Origin: Botryllus schlosseri
Lineage: Eukaryota
Direction: 5' to 3'
Length of the DNA: 64,000 nucleotides
NCBI GenBank assembly: GCA_051294905.1
Contig: CM119372.1
Span: forward strand, 27,158,001 to 27,222,000
Below are positions 12,868-27,800 of the stretch, piece by piece. A program made the position numbers and the translations under genes. The notes beneath the pieces are model-generated. The model had not been told where the DNA came from and made no database searches. It was given only the letters and a program-made list of their open reading frames with translations. Position 1 is the stretch's first letter, and each line of letters begins with the position of its first letter.

Positions 12868-15800
12868 GTAAGATTGTTCTGTTTTGGTTAGTATATTGTT
12901 TGTGCAGGGGGGTTTCATAGTGGGCGATTTCAACCCATGGAGGCGATTTCACGGGACAGTTTGGTCATTTGTAGGGCAAAATGCCAAGTCTTCAATACTT
13001 TATGTTCAGTTTCCTTCGAAGTTAAATTTCTAATCGGTGAACATAGGTGTTAAAGCTATTCAAAGATTCTCTGTTGTACGCGAACCATATACTCGTGAAC
13101 GGCAATATTATGTATTTATTTACGGCGATTGTTCTGTATATCACAATGTTAGCTGCATGTTACGATTATTTGGTTCAACGAGAACTCTGGTCTTGAACAC
13201 ATAGCCTTGAATCTGCATACCAATGCATGCTAATTCTGCCGCAAACATCAACTTGTATTTGCACATATGTAATTGAAATATGCTAGTCATGAATATTTTT
13301 CTCATACGTTGGGCATTACCACTTTTTCTTTTTTAGTGTCGCGACCATGTCATATAGGCTTGTTCTGCTGGACAGCGTGCTAGGTAGGCGCTATGAACCT
13401 CCCTAGTATAAACGTGATGACGTTTAAATATTTCCAATAGAATCGCTTATCGACTGAAATTCTATACCTATCCCTCATATTTTATTGATGAGTCATTCTC
13501 GCTGATTTTCATCTCCTATAATATTAAAATGAGGCGCTAACGAAGAATCAATGCGTGACTAGGGTGACGACATTGCGCACATACTTTTGGTCTGTTTATG
13601 GCAGTGGTCGGAAGGAGCCATAATTACCCTACATTTTCAATCGGCTATGTCTATATCCACTGTGAAGTCACAATTACAGATTCGTGACGTCATGGGTAGA
13701 AACACAAAAACAATAAAAAACATGGTTTAAACAAGGGCCTTGTTTTAAACATGTTTGCTTTAAATTGATTTTTTTCTTAAATGCAATCCTAATTGTTTGG
13801 CCTGCTACTTATTCTCGCGGCGCCTACAACGCTTACTAGTGCAACTACCTAGTCGAATTCGGCTCGTTGTGAAATTTATGTCATTTTGCACCGTAATAAA
13901 ATCGCAATCCATGTTGACCATAACGCAGAAGAACATTATGGACACTATACTGAAACACCTGCTGCCTCAACCAAGCGCTGATACTGTTACATGTCATATA
14001 TTTAAGAAACTTTATAATTTGTCTATTCCTAGTACAAGAATATCTTAAATCAGATTGAAAATAGTTCTGCGACTCACGCGAATTTCTAAGGCTGATTTTC
14101 ATCACGGCATACCTGCTATCCTAATGTACAAAAGTAGAAATTTCTTCCTTCTGCAAAACTTCAGGCTTCACGATGGGCTCCCATGCATTTTTAACTCAAT
14201 AAATTGGTAGTATAGGCGTACTTCGTCACTGATGATATCGGACTTTCAATAGAGCTATGGGTCTAAAGTCCGACAACTTACATTAGTCGACCTATTTATC
14301 AAATAAAGGGTGTCCCTCTTAGTCAGAGCGCAAAAACGATATTTTCACCGTGTTACTGCGAGCTGCCGCATCGTATATAGGCAAGGTTCCCATCAATATG
14401 GACCCAAAAATAAGGACAGTCGAACTATTAGATTAGCATGGAAAGTGTTTTGGTAACACTTGGTACATACGTGGCATATCACATTCCATAGTTTTCGCCA
14501 AAAACAATCTGCTCCGGCAACTCCTTGTTGTGCTTCATGGATCTCACGACAGCTCAGGTCTAGGTTTACCTTTACTCAGGGCCGAAACAGCACTTCGTCA
14601 GTCCCCAAACCCCCTAAAAAATAAATAAAATAAAATAAAATAAAATAACGTTAGTCTTGGGCTCCTATAGGGTGATAAACCAAACTTCTTCACCTCGTTG
14701 GGATTAGACGCGTCAACCAAGACGGAAAAAGGCACTACACTACGTTAAGACAAAATCATCTTTTTAGCGTATGGAGCAAGAACTCCAGTAACAATGCTTG
14801 TAGTCTTGGTCCTGGCCGAAGCAAACTTATTTGCGATGTTGGAATAGGGGAATATTGCTTCGAACAATTGCGATGCGCGATAGTTAGGGGGTAATGATTG
14901 CTGGTGTTTGACAGTATGGAATGCCCAGACCCTCAGCAGCAGCAGCAGCTTTGTAGTCTGTGCTCGTTGGTGCTGATCGACTTGTGAAAAAATTATTCAT
15001 CGACTGGCTCGAATTAATCATTATGACACACTTGTGTTTTTAGGCATCAATTTGAGTTGTAATAGCGGTCTTTCCTGTGGCCTCCAGGTTAATGTCACAA
15101 TTCCAGATATTGCAATGTGCGGAAAACTAGCCCTTCAAGTTTCGTTTGATACCTTCAAAATCTCTCTCGTAACCGTCACGAAAAACTTTTTTACGCTTGC
15201 TCATTTTAAATAATTTGATTTAGCGTTATTAGTAGCTAAAACTATATGTGCAATTTAATTTAGAAAACTTTATCAATCATTCATAGCTTTACTACTTTTT
15301 AACCAAGTTTCGTCTGCATTGCGCCCCTCTTCACTACACAAAATATTCTGCCATCCCCACAGCTTATTCTGCTGTAGAATATACAGCAGAAACCTGGTAC
15401 TGCTATTTACTGCTAAAATGACGTCCGGTGCGATAGCTTGATAAAGCCGAAACTGCGCTAGCTATCTCACCACTTGGAAGTGAAATCCTGTCATGTGTAC
15501 GCCACGGGAGTTTCTTTCATTTATGATGTGATAAAATCTCGACGCAAAAGCATGCTTTTAGAATATTATACAACGCAGATACCAGAAGAAAACGATCGAA
15601 GTTCTGTAGTTCTTGAAAATAAGACAAAATAGGGACGCAAGTCCAAAACAAGGACATTTCTTAGAAATAAGGACAGTTGAGTTTTTTTAAGACCTGGCCC
15701 TTCAAAATAAAAACAAATCTTAGAAATAAGGACGGTACGGCAACCCTGAATCGAATCACCCAGATACCCTATGTTGCCTAGCCCTATCTAATTGCTTAAT

Positions 15801-18800
15801 ATAGGGATAGGCAAAATAGAGTACCTGGGTGATTCGATTCTGAATCGTGTATTACGCTTGGAGTCGATTCTAATATTCGAATATCACAATATAATGTAAT
15901 ATGTCAACGCTTAAATGTGTACCTTTTATGCCACCACAATGAACATAATGCCACATTGAAGATACTTTGGTATTTTTTTGACCATTCCGATTTCATTGCA
16001 CTTCTTGACAATGTTGTGGGATGATCATGACTTCGGAAATTTGTTATTTCCAGTAACGTTCGTAGCTTTGTACTATGTCTCGTATGCTGCGACACGGCAA
16101 ATCAAGGTTTCAAGCCTTCCTCAGCGGAAAATAGTATCGAAACTACAATTCTTGTTTGTAAATCAACGTTCAGTTGTGAGGAGTGTATAGTTTCAGTACT
16201 TGAAAAAAATCGTCTTCTACTACTCAACTCGATTCATTACAATTAATACTCGATTCAGATTCGATAACTCGAACCATTGTGCCCAGCCATAATCGTATAT
16301 TATTACAGAAAAGATTGAAACCTTATCACGCCTCATCCATATGAACCCTTGTCAAGCCACAATCTCGAAAATGTGATCCAGTGATAATGGCACGAATTAA
16401 CTCTTATGGTTGTTCCAACGTCATATATAGCTAGGGTTCTGGTTTAAATCATTTTGCCCTTGATTAAAATCGATTTTAATCAATTAAATAATTCAAATCA
16501 TGATTTTTTTGATTTTTTTCGTTTTCTTACTCATAATAACAACAACACGAACGAAAGACAAAGGGATGAATGACGACCATGTCAATCAAGGTGATGAAGG
16601 ATAACGCTCAAACTTTAATAATGTGGTGCTGTGAATCATCATCCAGATAGATGAAAACGTCCAACCTATGTGATAATGATGGGTCGCCCGAATCATTACT
16701 GATCTGTTCTAGTGACGATAGGAGACATGTTGAGTCAAATCGGGACCATCCATAATAATTGCATCTTCATCTTGATCGATGGAGTGGTTTCTGTCAGCAA
16801 ACTGGATCAGATATGAGAGAATCTTTCGAATTCGATAGAGACTCCGGATTGCGCCTCGTTTGCGGTACCCCACGATTGCCTCCGATATAGCAGCAGCATG
16901 TCACAGTCAACTAACTAGTATCCACAGCAAAACGCTATAATATATTGATTGACTATCGCTCTTTGCTCTTTTCCCGCCTGTCTGTCAAATAGCTGAACTA
17001 TGCCGGTGCCGGTGACGAGATGCTATCTCCGGTTCATAAAAAAAGTCATATGATTGTCCGATAATAAACCTCATTCGCGCATCTCGTCCGAAATTTGAAA
17101 AAACCAAAATAATCAATAAAATCAAAATGGTAAAATTAAAATCAAAAATCAACGAAAAAAACCTGATTTAAATCACACTGATTTAAATCAGCCTGATTTA
17201 AACCAGAACCCTATATATAGCCTACAGAAGACAGAAGATCTATCTGATCAAATCTATACCTTGCATACGACCAGAAGGAAAACCATTCCCGTTACAATTG
17301 ATCGATACAAATTCCGCGTTTTGTAAAGGAAAACGATTATATACGTCTTGTTATTACGGCTGGTCGCTATAGGTTACTTTGCGTAAGTATAAAGGTGATA
17401 ATGATCTTTCGTTGAAAAGAAAGTACTGTACCCGAAGTACTTGTTTGTGAGTCAATAGTCGATTCGGGATCGAATATGTCGGAATTTAAAACATGATAAG
17501 TCAGTGATACCAAATAAGCATGTTCTTATTCGGGTGTCTTCTTTCTACGTTCAGCTGGACAGAATTGTTCAACGGAGGAGTTCAAATGCCGCGATGGATT
17601 AAATTGCATTCCCGTCGTCAATTTTTGCGATACAGTAATGGATTGCAGGTATTAGACCTTTTCCATTTATAATTCCGTTGTTACCAACTGATAACAATTC
17701 TTATATACGTTTAGAACTTTTAGGACGGAGATAATAAAGTTTGCTGATCCGAGAGAATGCTAATCATGCGATTACAAATGGCTAATCGGGACGCATTTTA
17801 GGCGGAGATAATAAAGTTAGGTGATCCTGAAGAATGCTAATCGTGTGATTAGATACTGCTAATCGCGACGCATAAAGTTGGAAAAGGCTACGCGCAATGG
17901 TTGGTCGAGGTGTCCCGAGTTTTCAATCAAGTGGTGTTATCTGCAGCATCATAATGAGAAAACGCGTTATAGGCTGCCAGTTGTCAATTTGTTGAATGAA
18001 ACAGCAGCCTGCTGACAACGATACTTCCACTGTAATAGGTCGGCCTACTAGGTAGAAATATCATGAAAGTCGTGTCCAATTAGTACGGCACAGCTAAGAA
18101 ACGGATTATAGAATATTGATATCGTTCTGCAATGTTGGTTGCATAATTAATTGATTGTTTAGTGAAGCCATTGCCTAGGGTACGGTACAATTGACACGGT
18201 CATTGTCGGAAATATTTGTGCGTAGGAGTGGTACACAGTGTAAGCAGTTTTTATAGATAACTAGTTGCGGTTTGTTAAATCATGAGAATAACAATAACTT
18301 CATGCGCTGCGATCAACCGGTTTCCTTAATCTTAGGTTGATAAATCCTGACGAACGGGATAATCGACTTTATTGCTAATCCAACTTTATTATCTCCGCCC
18401 TTGAACACCCTTACGCGGATTGAATAATGGCTTTGATAAGCCATACAAAATTGCCTTATTACAGTTTATCTGCATGATCGTGGCTTCATCGTAATGGTAG
18501 AGATAAATGACAGTGAGCAGAATGAGCGTCTCGTACACTCTTAGCGAAGAGAGTGTCTATTTACACCCAAAGGGCCGTAAAGGGTGGTACACGAAAACAG
18601 AACCTAACTCTGAAGTATATCACGGTCATGAATCATACGTGCCTACGTGCATGCATAATTTGGATTAAAATTTATACCGATTTATACCGCGGTATAAGTC
18701 TGAGGTAGGATCCGGTTTCGTGTGCTCTGGGTGTATATTCACACCCGTATATCAGGGGTGGTACACGGGTGGAAATATACACCCTTTTCACTAAGAGTGT

Positions 18801-21800
18801 ATAGAGTTACACCAGCGTGATGATTCATAGCATGGTTTCGGCGATATAGCTTACAGGCATTACGTCAAACTGGTATGAAAAATCTTATTTTCATTTTAAT
18901 CATATTCGTTCACATTTTGCAACCTCTCATTTTTCTGTAGCGAGTAGGGGATCTTACCCTGTAATCTCATTTTACGTTGCTAAAAACTGTTATTCGTAAT
19001 GCCTCTTCTGAGCATGGGAGTGTTAAATTATATAATCTTATACGTAATATGAGAATCTTTTTGCAGTGATGGATCTGATGAGCCTGCTCAAATCGAGAAG
19101 ATTGATAACAGTTTATATGAGGTTTGCAGAGGACGATCGGAACATCGCTCAGGATTCTGTGAGCTTCCATCAGATCTCGAGCCCGACAGACAGCGATTGT
19201 GCAGGGAACGTGCGTATGAATGTAAAATTACTTCAAATGATACAAATGTAACGTGCGTGAAAAAAATTACAAACAGTTCTAAAGTTGCGAAAAGGAAATG
19301 ACACGAACACCCATCTATAACTATTATAATTATTTTAAGTGTTCTGTAGTGAAATCTAGAAATCTCAATCAACAAAGGGTTTCAATAGTTGAGTGTGAAA
19401 CACTCGAAATCAGTGGTTCGCAAAATCTTTGACATCGTGGCGGCATTTCAAACTGCAGAGTACGAATAGAGCCGCATGAAAATACTCTAGTAGCCTATTT
19501 GATCGATTTTACTTCATTCTGATATCCGTCATTATTTCATACCACCCCCTCGTATCGTTTACATTATGTCTTCGGTCGTGGTGCAAAAGGCCGTCAGGCG
19601 ATAAGCGTCACATATTTTTGTTCACTAAACAACAACCATAACAACAACAGCAACATTGTGCATTGCCATTGTGAAAAAAAGGTTATTTATATCACAGGAG
19701 TAAATGGATTTTTGTAAAAATTTCGTAAGTCTCCGTGAATGACCTTGCTAATGCTACTTTTTATTTTTTCTACATTCCCCAACAAAACATCTCTAAACTG
19801 GAAAATATTTGTATCAGTTGGCAATTGGCAAAATAACAATTAAAATGAGTCTGCACAGCAGGATATTCCATCTCAAACGGCCATTCTGTTGATGTGAGTT
19901 TTAGAGTTTTACTAGTAATAAAGCGAAACTGCCTCGTGACGTTCTTATTAAAAAAACACAAATTACGTTATCAACTATGTTGTAAATTTAAAGGCTTCCC
20001 GCTTCGCGGACCCCACGAAAAGGCTTCGTAGACCCTCGGTTTAGACTCACTGACAAAGCGGAAAATAGGCACATTCGTAATCAATTCAAAATACCTTCGG
20101 ATTTTCGTAAACGAATATGCCCTCAAAGTGTGTGATACCTTCAATCCTACTTTGTGTCATGGCTTCAGAGCATGGACAGGATGTATGTAGTGTATATCAG
20201 GGGTTCTTCAAGTATGGTTCGCGACCCACACACGGGCAGAGGTGGTCAGTAACGAAATACTTCTACTTTTTGGAAGTACTCAAGTAGTTTTGCTCTACTT
20301 CGGGTACTACTCAAGTAGATCCGATTTTCTCTACTTCTACTTCGCAATATTTTGTGATCTACTTACTTACTTTTCGCTATTTTCCGTTTTTCAAGTAGAA
20401 GTAGTTTAATCCCCCAATACGTAAGATAGCCTGAGGAATTTCGGGGCTGTTTTAAAGGAGTACAAACATTTAATATCTATGAAAGTCAAGTAAAGCCCAG
20501 AAATTTTGTTGCGCTTCGCGAATAGTAGTGCACGAGTAACAAATTTGTTTTCATGAAAGTAATTGTTAATAATCGTTAAGTTATATTTTTCATCTGAACA
20601 CGTCACACACAATGTGCAATCCGATAAGACACAATGCGATGACATGAACAGATATAGGAGGATGTCGAACGACACGCATCAGTAGCGATCCTTTTAATCT
20701 TACATCCAACTCGGTCTAGAGTGCCCAATCGCACAGTTCTTTTCGATGTTGATCTTTTTGAAGCCGCGGCCCTTTCTTCCAGTTCTTTCCATTGTGAGTG
20801 CTTTCTTTCGTCGGGTCTTTTTCAGGGCTTTTCTGTCGCCGTAAGAACGGCAACGGCGGAGGAAGAGGAGCCCAGATAAACCTCCGACGGGAATCGAACC
20901 GGTTCCGTCAGATTTGTAGGGGCTTATCGTCACCACTACGCTATGTCCCTCACCCCAAGTATCGGTGAATATAATTTAGGTACTGGATTGCATATTGCTT
21001 ATCACACCGCATTGTCACCCATATCAAATATTTCATCACAGTAAATACGGCCCACGACATAACGTTTAAAACTACCGTTTCGCAATCTAACAAATACCCA
21101 TCATATCGCAATCTAGTAGCCCATTAGGCTACGTGTCTTGCTATTCAGGAAAATCCAGTTTTTTTAACATTACACCTGATTTAGCAGATCGCCTTTGAAG
21201 CTTTATGGACAAAAGACATGAAATATATTTTCCGCTTTTCAGAAGTGGTATTCGTATTTGACTTTCAATTGCGAGTATCATACTTTGAGTTCGAATTACT
21301 TTCAGTTCTTTTGTCTGCAGAACATACTGAAACATAAAAGCAAGAGTAGCAATGCCACTATTTTCCGAAAATAAAGCTACACTAAATATAACTTTTACGA
21401 TCCACAATATCTGTTATTAACGAATACTAATCGCGCAAAGTGATGAGACCGTATCCGATACAACTTCTACGTATATTGCTCTTCGCCTAAACTTGGGGCC
21501 CCATAATATACGGGTAGGGCGCCATGTCATGATATTCTATAAAAACGGGGTCTTTTAGTAAACAAAGGGTTAGTATCGCATTTTCATATCAATACTATAA
21601 TTTGCATCCCATGATGCGAAACAAAGCTTATTCTGTCGAAAATTGATACCTCCCAGAATGCATCAATACGAATCAAGCTCTCTGCACCTGCTGCATAGCT
21701 CAATTCGCAGCTTTTGACAGTCCATGCCAAGGAATAAACCCTGTTTTCAAAACTACTTAGCCTACTTACTTGAGTAGATTTAAAGGCAGTCAATTCTACT

Positions 21801-24800
21801 TCTACTTCAAGTAGTTTTAGGTGGCTTATTGAAGAAGTACTTCTACTCGTACTTGAGCAGATTTTTTCATGTCTACCTCTACTTCTACTTGAGTAGCTTT
21901 CATGACTGCTTTGACCACCTCTGCACACGGGTCGCTAAGCGTTTGATTTTGGTTCGCGACGGTACCCGAGTGATCTTTTAATATCGATGTAATATTTGTT
22001 GAATTTGTTGCAGAGAAAAAATTTCTGCGCGCGATTTCATGTGGATACTTTGTGTCTTTCGTGACACGTAGAAAGGTCTTTGCTACAACATGGCTTCGTC
22101 AGGAAAATGTGTCATCTTTGTATTACTTAAATTAGTTTGAATTCATGATAAGATTCCGCTGGCATTGGGTTTATGGAAAATACCGTCGGATAACGTTTGA
22201 ATGCTTTAGTGTAGTGGTGTGAAACGAGCGGGTGCGAGACTATGATGCACGTATATTTAGAGCACAACCCCTTCCGCGCCAGTACACATGAAGACATGAA
22301 ATTTCGGCCAGCATACGTCTGGGCAAAGTGAGGGGCCAAACAGATCGGCGGCGATAAAACCTTGGTCAAGAATGACCGTCGTTGGTTAGCCAAAATCTTA
22401 GCCATTGATAAGTCCGGTTGTCGAAATGGTCTGCACCCGCACAGTTCCGTCGTTGCAATCTGAGTAGCACAAATGAAGTACAAATGCGACCGAAGAGGAA
22501 AATACCACATCCCAATTGAAAATCGCATGCGGCTGAAATGTTTCATTGAGCTGAGTTGCATACAACTGTTATCTGCGCTGTCTACGTAATATCTGCCCCA
22601 GACATGGGGTGCATGATTACTTCATGAATGTAATCGATTGCGATTACGATTACTTCTGAATCACGCGATTACGATTACAGCAAAATCAGGAAGTAGTCGA
22701 TTACGATTACGATTACATTGGAAAAGTAATCACGATTACTCACGATTACATTTATTTTGCTTCTTAGAACTAATCTTACAAGATATATTGAAGACAATAT
22801 AAGAATTGCGCCGAAAAGGCCTAATCAGATAACAACAACTTTCTCAATAAATGATGCGCTATTTGCTTGTTACGTCATAATATACCCATTGGGCAACTTA
22901 ACAAGGGACAATTTATCGCATCCAACGATTTGCATTCTTGCCAGCTCCTTAACTGCCGCACCCCAAACTCCCCAATAGGGGGGTGAGAGCGCTCGAAGGG
23001 GACTCAAAAATATTTGGTAAAACCAACATAAATTTTAAAGTATTTTCGTGAGATTTGATTAACTTGAATATTTTTTGGGGGCTTGCGATTTAAATGTCTT
23101 TTGATAGCTTGATTGATTGATTGATAGCTTGAAATGCATACCTCTCACCCTCATGACAAAAATATGCATAATTTACAGGAATAAGCATTTCGGTGCCGGT
23201 CATTACCGAGCCACGACATACCAAAGACAAATGCAGTTTCGGCCAACATGCGACTCCAAGAAGTGTATTACTAAAGAAAGACCTTGGCCAAAACTTTGAT
23301 CATGTGTCCATTGTCAATAGCCGCGCTGGGTGTGTGTGACTAATAATCTTATCCCTAAAATCTGAGCCCACAATACAAATGCCACCCGGGCCACCCACAG
23401 AGGAATTAAGACAGGGCAATTATTTGTGCGTGCGTCTCACGAAAGTTGTTCTTTTCGTCATCTACATTTGGGTGACTGCAATATCTTTTAATGTTATATA
23501 TAGCAGACCAGAGGTCACGAATTAACAACATACAATAAAGTAATTACAACAACATACCAGATGTTATAATTATGAATTACGTGCCCTCAGCTCCACAGGT
23601 AAATTTGACTATCGGGGGGCTGAGAGAGGCCTAAAAATGAATAGTAATATAATGCAATTACTAATATTATTGACGATAATTCATTCTTCAACTTGAAAAT
23701 TGACCACCTTATTGGGACCCAAGACTAACGTTCGGAGTGCGGGACCAATTGCTGTTTTGGTCCTTATTATAGCTACAACCCACGCTATCATGGCATAAAA
23801 GCGGATGGCTATGGCAGCAGGTAAAGGATTTCGAAATAACGATTGGCGCCCGTTTAAAGTATAGAGTCATGAAAATGAGATGAAGTGACCATAAAATTCT
23901 GCCTTCTACTTAATACAGATACTGCGCGCTGCCGTTACGAGAAACGGCAAAGAACGGTTCGGTTATGATGTACATCAGCCGGCAGCAGCTGTTGATTTTT
24001 TTAATGCTTCGTTGTGGAAATTGTAATGTTTTATTTGGCGAGTACGAAATTTCAAATCTTTGCTCGGTGTACGTACGTACTAGGGATGGTGTGAACCTCT
24101 GAAAGGTTCAGGTTCGTGTGAACGTGAACCTTTTTGAAAGGTTCTGTGTGAACACGAACGCGAACCTCATGACGTCACGTGACGTCGTATTTCTAATTCC
24201 AACCCTACATTTTAGTGAAGTTATAGCCTATATTAATGTACACGATACCTATAGCGATGACTCTGGCAACATAATGCCACATACTGGAGTATAAATGGAC
24301 GTTTTAAACGTCGGCAAACGTTTCAACTGGGGCAATAAAATGGTATAATAATCTCATAAAATCAACATCTTCCATCGCTTTGCCAACAATTTCGACGAGG
24401 ACTTGCAAGGGATTATAAGCTTACGCCTTAACGGTCCAGGCCAGCCCGACAATGTATTCGGCGTCTGAGTATTGTGACGTTAATATTGAGCAGAGTGTAA
24501 AACGGGATTCTATACTTGCTACCGATATTACCCCAATAACAAATTATATAGCAGTAGCCAACACCCCAATCCCACGGATTTTGTTTTTATGATACAATAA
24601 ACATATGAAGTCAAGATTGACCACGCACACCTGCTAGATTTTTTACATTAGACAACGATATTAATTCCTTTGATTGATCGAATAAGCATAATTCTCTGGC
24701 TACATGTAGTGCATCTCGCTCTTGATGTTGTGTCAATGCTAGTCAAGCTCACAGCAGAGAGTCACTAAATATTCACCAACGGAGTGCTGGTTATTTCGAG

Positions 24801-27800
24801 CATAATTTTTGAGATTCTCAAGGAGCATGCTCGCTTGGTGTTGATTTTTTTTTATGCTGCCAGCGCCATGCATTGAGTGGCCAGCAGTTGAAATGCAATA
24901 AATTTCAACCAAAGCTGTTCTAATGAAGTGAAAACTGGAATATATGAAAAAAGGTTTACAGTTCAGAACCTACCAAGGTTCGTTTGTGAACGCGAACCTC
25001 TAAATTTCTGAGGTTCAACACGCACAGAACGCGAACGTGAACCTCACGTTCACACAATCCCTGGTACGTACTGCATAGGCCTGCTGCCCGCAAAACACCA
25101 ACAGACAAATTGCGTTTAACTGTAAGCATAACCTTTAAGCAAACATCAATACATAAATTACCATTTGCAACTAGGCAGAATGGTGATTATTATCCTGCTG
25201 CGAGGTATAGTGGCGCCTGGAGTGTTGTTATAACCTGATATATCGCAGGGCAGGTGTTCTTACAATCACACTACAATGTACGTCGCGACGCCCGCGAATA
25301 TCTATTTACATACAATGTGTGGATACTTCTTACGCAATCATGAGCGAAGCTAATACTTCTGACGCAATAATGAGCAGTGGTGTTTGTAAATCTGACGTTT
25401 GTGCTATCATTAACTTGGTATAATATCTTTTCCTTGTTCGCGAATGTTGAGTTTATGTCATAGTCCTTGTACAAATAAAAAGTAATCGCTCTTTCACAAG
25501 GAAATCGATTAGATATGGGAAGTAGTCGATTACGATTACGATTACTTCGGATTTTTTTCGAATGTAATCGATTGCGATTACGATTACTTGAAAATGCTGT
25601 AATCGTCGTAATCGATTACGATTACTAATCGCGATTACTGCATGTCTGATCTGCCCGTGAAACATAGTATACGAATATTAAAAATACATTCTTTTTGATG
25701 TGCGAGGCTTGGGTCACGGCTCACGGGATGCTACTAAACTCAAATTGGGGTCGCGGCCTAAAAAGTTTTCAACCCTGATGTATATCATAGTCGCAATGCC
25801 TGCAATTTTTTATCGCTGCTTGCTCGCCGGCTATACGTCTATTTGCAATTTATATCTGTTGCGACCAACACTAACAAATTTACTCTAATTATAATTCATC
25901 AAAAACAAGGTCTCGGGCAACTGGGTCCTACGATACATAGCAATATTATAGCAATAACCGTCGACCGACCCTTTGCGTAAACGCAATCTATTGGACAATG
26001 GTCGCCTCGACTTTATTAAGAGCGTGGATTCTTAACCAGGCGTCCGTGAGCCAGAGGTGGTCAGTAAAGAAGTAAAAGTTCAAAAGTGATCTGCTAAAAC
26101 AGGTGTAACGTTAAAAAAAGCCGGGCTTTCCAGATTAGCAGGACGCGTTATGGACTGATAGATTACGATGTGATAGGTGATAGGTAATTGCTAGATTGCG
26201 AAATGGTAGTTTCAAACGTTATGGTGGGCCATATTTACTGTGATGAAATATTTGATATGGGCGTCAATGCGGTGTGAGCGGAACCAAGCAATTCGGTACC
26301 TACATTATATTCACTGATAATCCGGTCAGGATCCGACGTGATTTTGAGCGCCCACAGAGAGTTACCAGTCGTACATGATAATGCACCTGCCGCAATATCC
26401 TGCTACTTGCTTACTAGGTCAAATTATTTTGACTCTAGGTTGTCTTTAAGCTTGCGTTCTTGTGTGAGTAGCGTGCGAGAGTGGAGCTTATGCAGAAGTT
26501 CGCCAACACGAGAAGACTTACATTACTGGCATTTACGCATGTACTCAACCCTATTGAATTGATATCTTCGTATGATAAAAATCCGAACTCCACGTTTGTT
26601 TTCAAGACATTATATCAGGGGCACGCGACATACGGCCTGCGGTCACAGTCTGCCGCAATTCTCCACTACTTGCTAATACTTGCTCACGTATGTCAAATTA
26701 TAGTGACTGTAGGGTATTCATTCTTATTTCGGACACAAATAATATATTAATTTCTAGTTACTCTTTGGTTCTTTGTTTTCTTAGAAGCTGTTCACAACTT
26801 TGATTGACCACAGCTGTTTCATTGACTTCAACAGCTGTTGAAATACCTTATGTCAATAAATTCATTGAATACTGTTTTGGTTCAAGTTCAAGCTCAAACT
26901 TGAAGTTTACATTAATTACGATTAATCCTCGTACAGGTGGATAAATACGCGTTTAATGTATTGATTCGAGAATCCGGCCCGCCAAATAATTCATTTCCCC
27001 ATGTCCGACCCGCCAACCGAAGAAGTTGCCCGCCCCTGGGTTAGATGATAGTTATTTAACCGTGGCTGTGGCATATAATTTTCGAAGTAAATTGGTAATA
27101 ATGTTGGAGTCGGAGTCGGAGTTCTTTTAGGAAAATAGTCGGAGTCGGTACGTTTAAAGAGTCAGGAGTCGGAATAACAGTTGGATGTCGGTATATTGAA
27201 AACGTGTGGTGTCGGAGTCGGAGTTGGAGTCGGTATAATGAAAATGTATAGAATCGGAGTCGGAGTTAGAGTCGGCGGTAAAATTTACCGACTTCAAAGC
27301 CCTGCTCGAAATTCGACATATCTTGAGGAAAAACGGCTCATTAACTAGAAACAATTTATTTATTACTCTACTTGAAGATTCCGTCTATATTGTAGACTTT
27401 AACCAAGGCATCGCATTTGTTGTCAAATAATTTGAGATCAGAGTGTAGTTTAGGTATTCTGCCGTACCTATTATCATTATTTCCTATCGTTGTAAAATTT
27501 TCTATCTATTTTCAACAGGAATGGAGTGTTCGAAAGAGGAGTTTGCATGCCGCGATGGATCAATGTGCATTCCTGTTCTACACTTCTGCGATACAATGAA
27601 AAATTGCATGTAATCTAGCTTAGTAAACAGCCCTGACACATTGCATGGCTTGGATCTGAGATCAAAGTGTTTTCCTGTTACTTTTCTATAGCAGCGGATG
27701 CACAAATAAATACATCCGTTTGAATTACTGCGCGGGGGAAGTAGCAGAATTAATAATTTAATCATTATAAAAAATTCACGCTAAGCGAGCTGCGGAATAT

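Larger units (their letters stand above)
20198..25777. mobile_element. Outer hAT element hosting three nested insertions
   Basis: CAGGGG...GCGACCC / GGGTCGCG...CCCTG ends with TSD GTGTATAT / ATGTATAT. Confidence 0.75.

Noticed and set aside
15978..16190. Alternative signal-peptide exon
   Set aside because: Weak donor and wrong phase for the hydrophobic frame; 12810-12867 fits better.
20880..20950. Functional tRNA gene
   Set aside because: A and B boxes are present but the stems pair poorly, and it lies within a transposon. More likely a SINE head.
22127..22561. 144-aa minus-strand ORF, or a plus-strand transposase remnant
   Set aside because: No motifs on the minus strand; plus-strand resemblance to a hAT N-terminus is too degraded to support.
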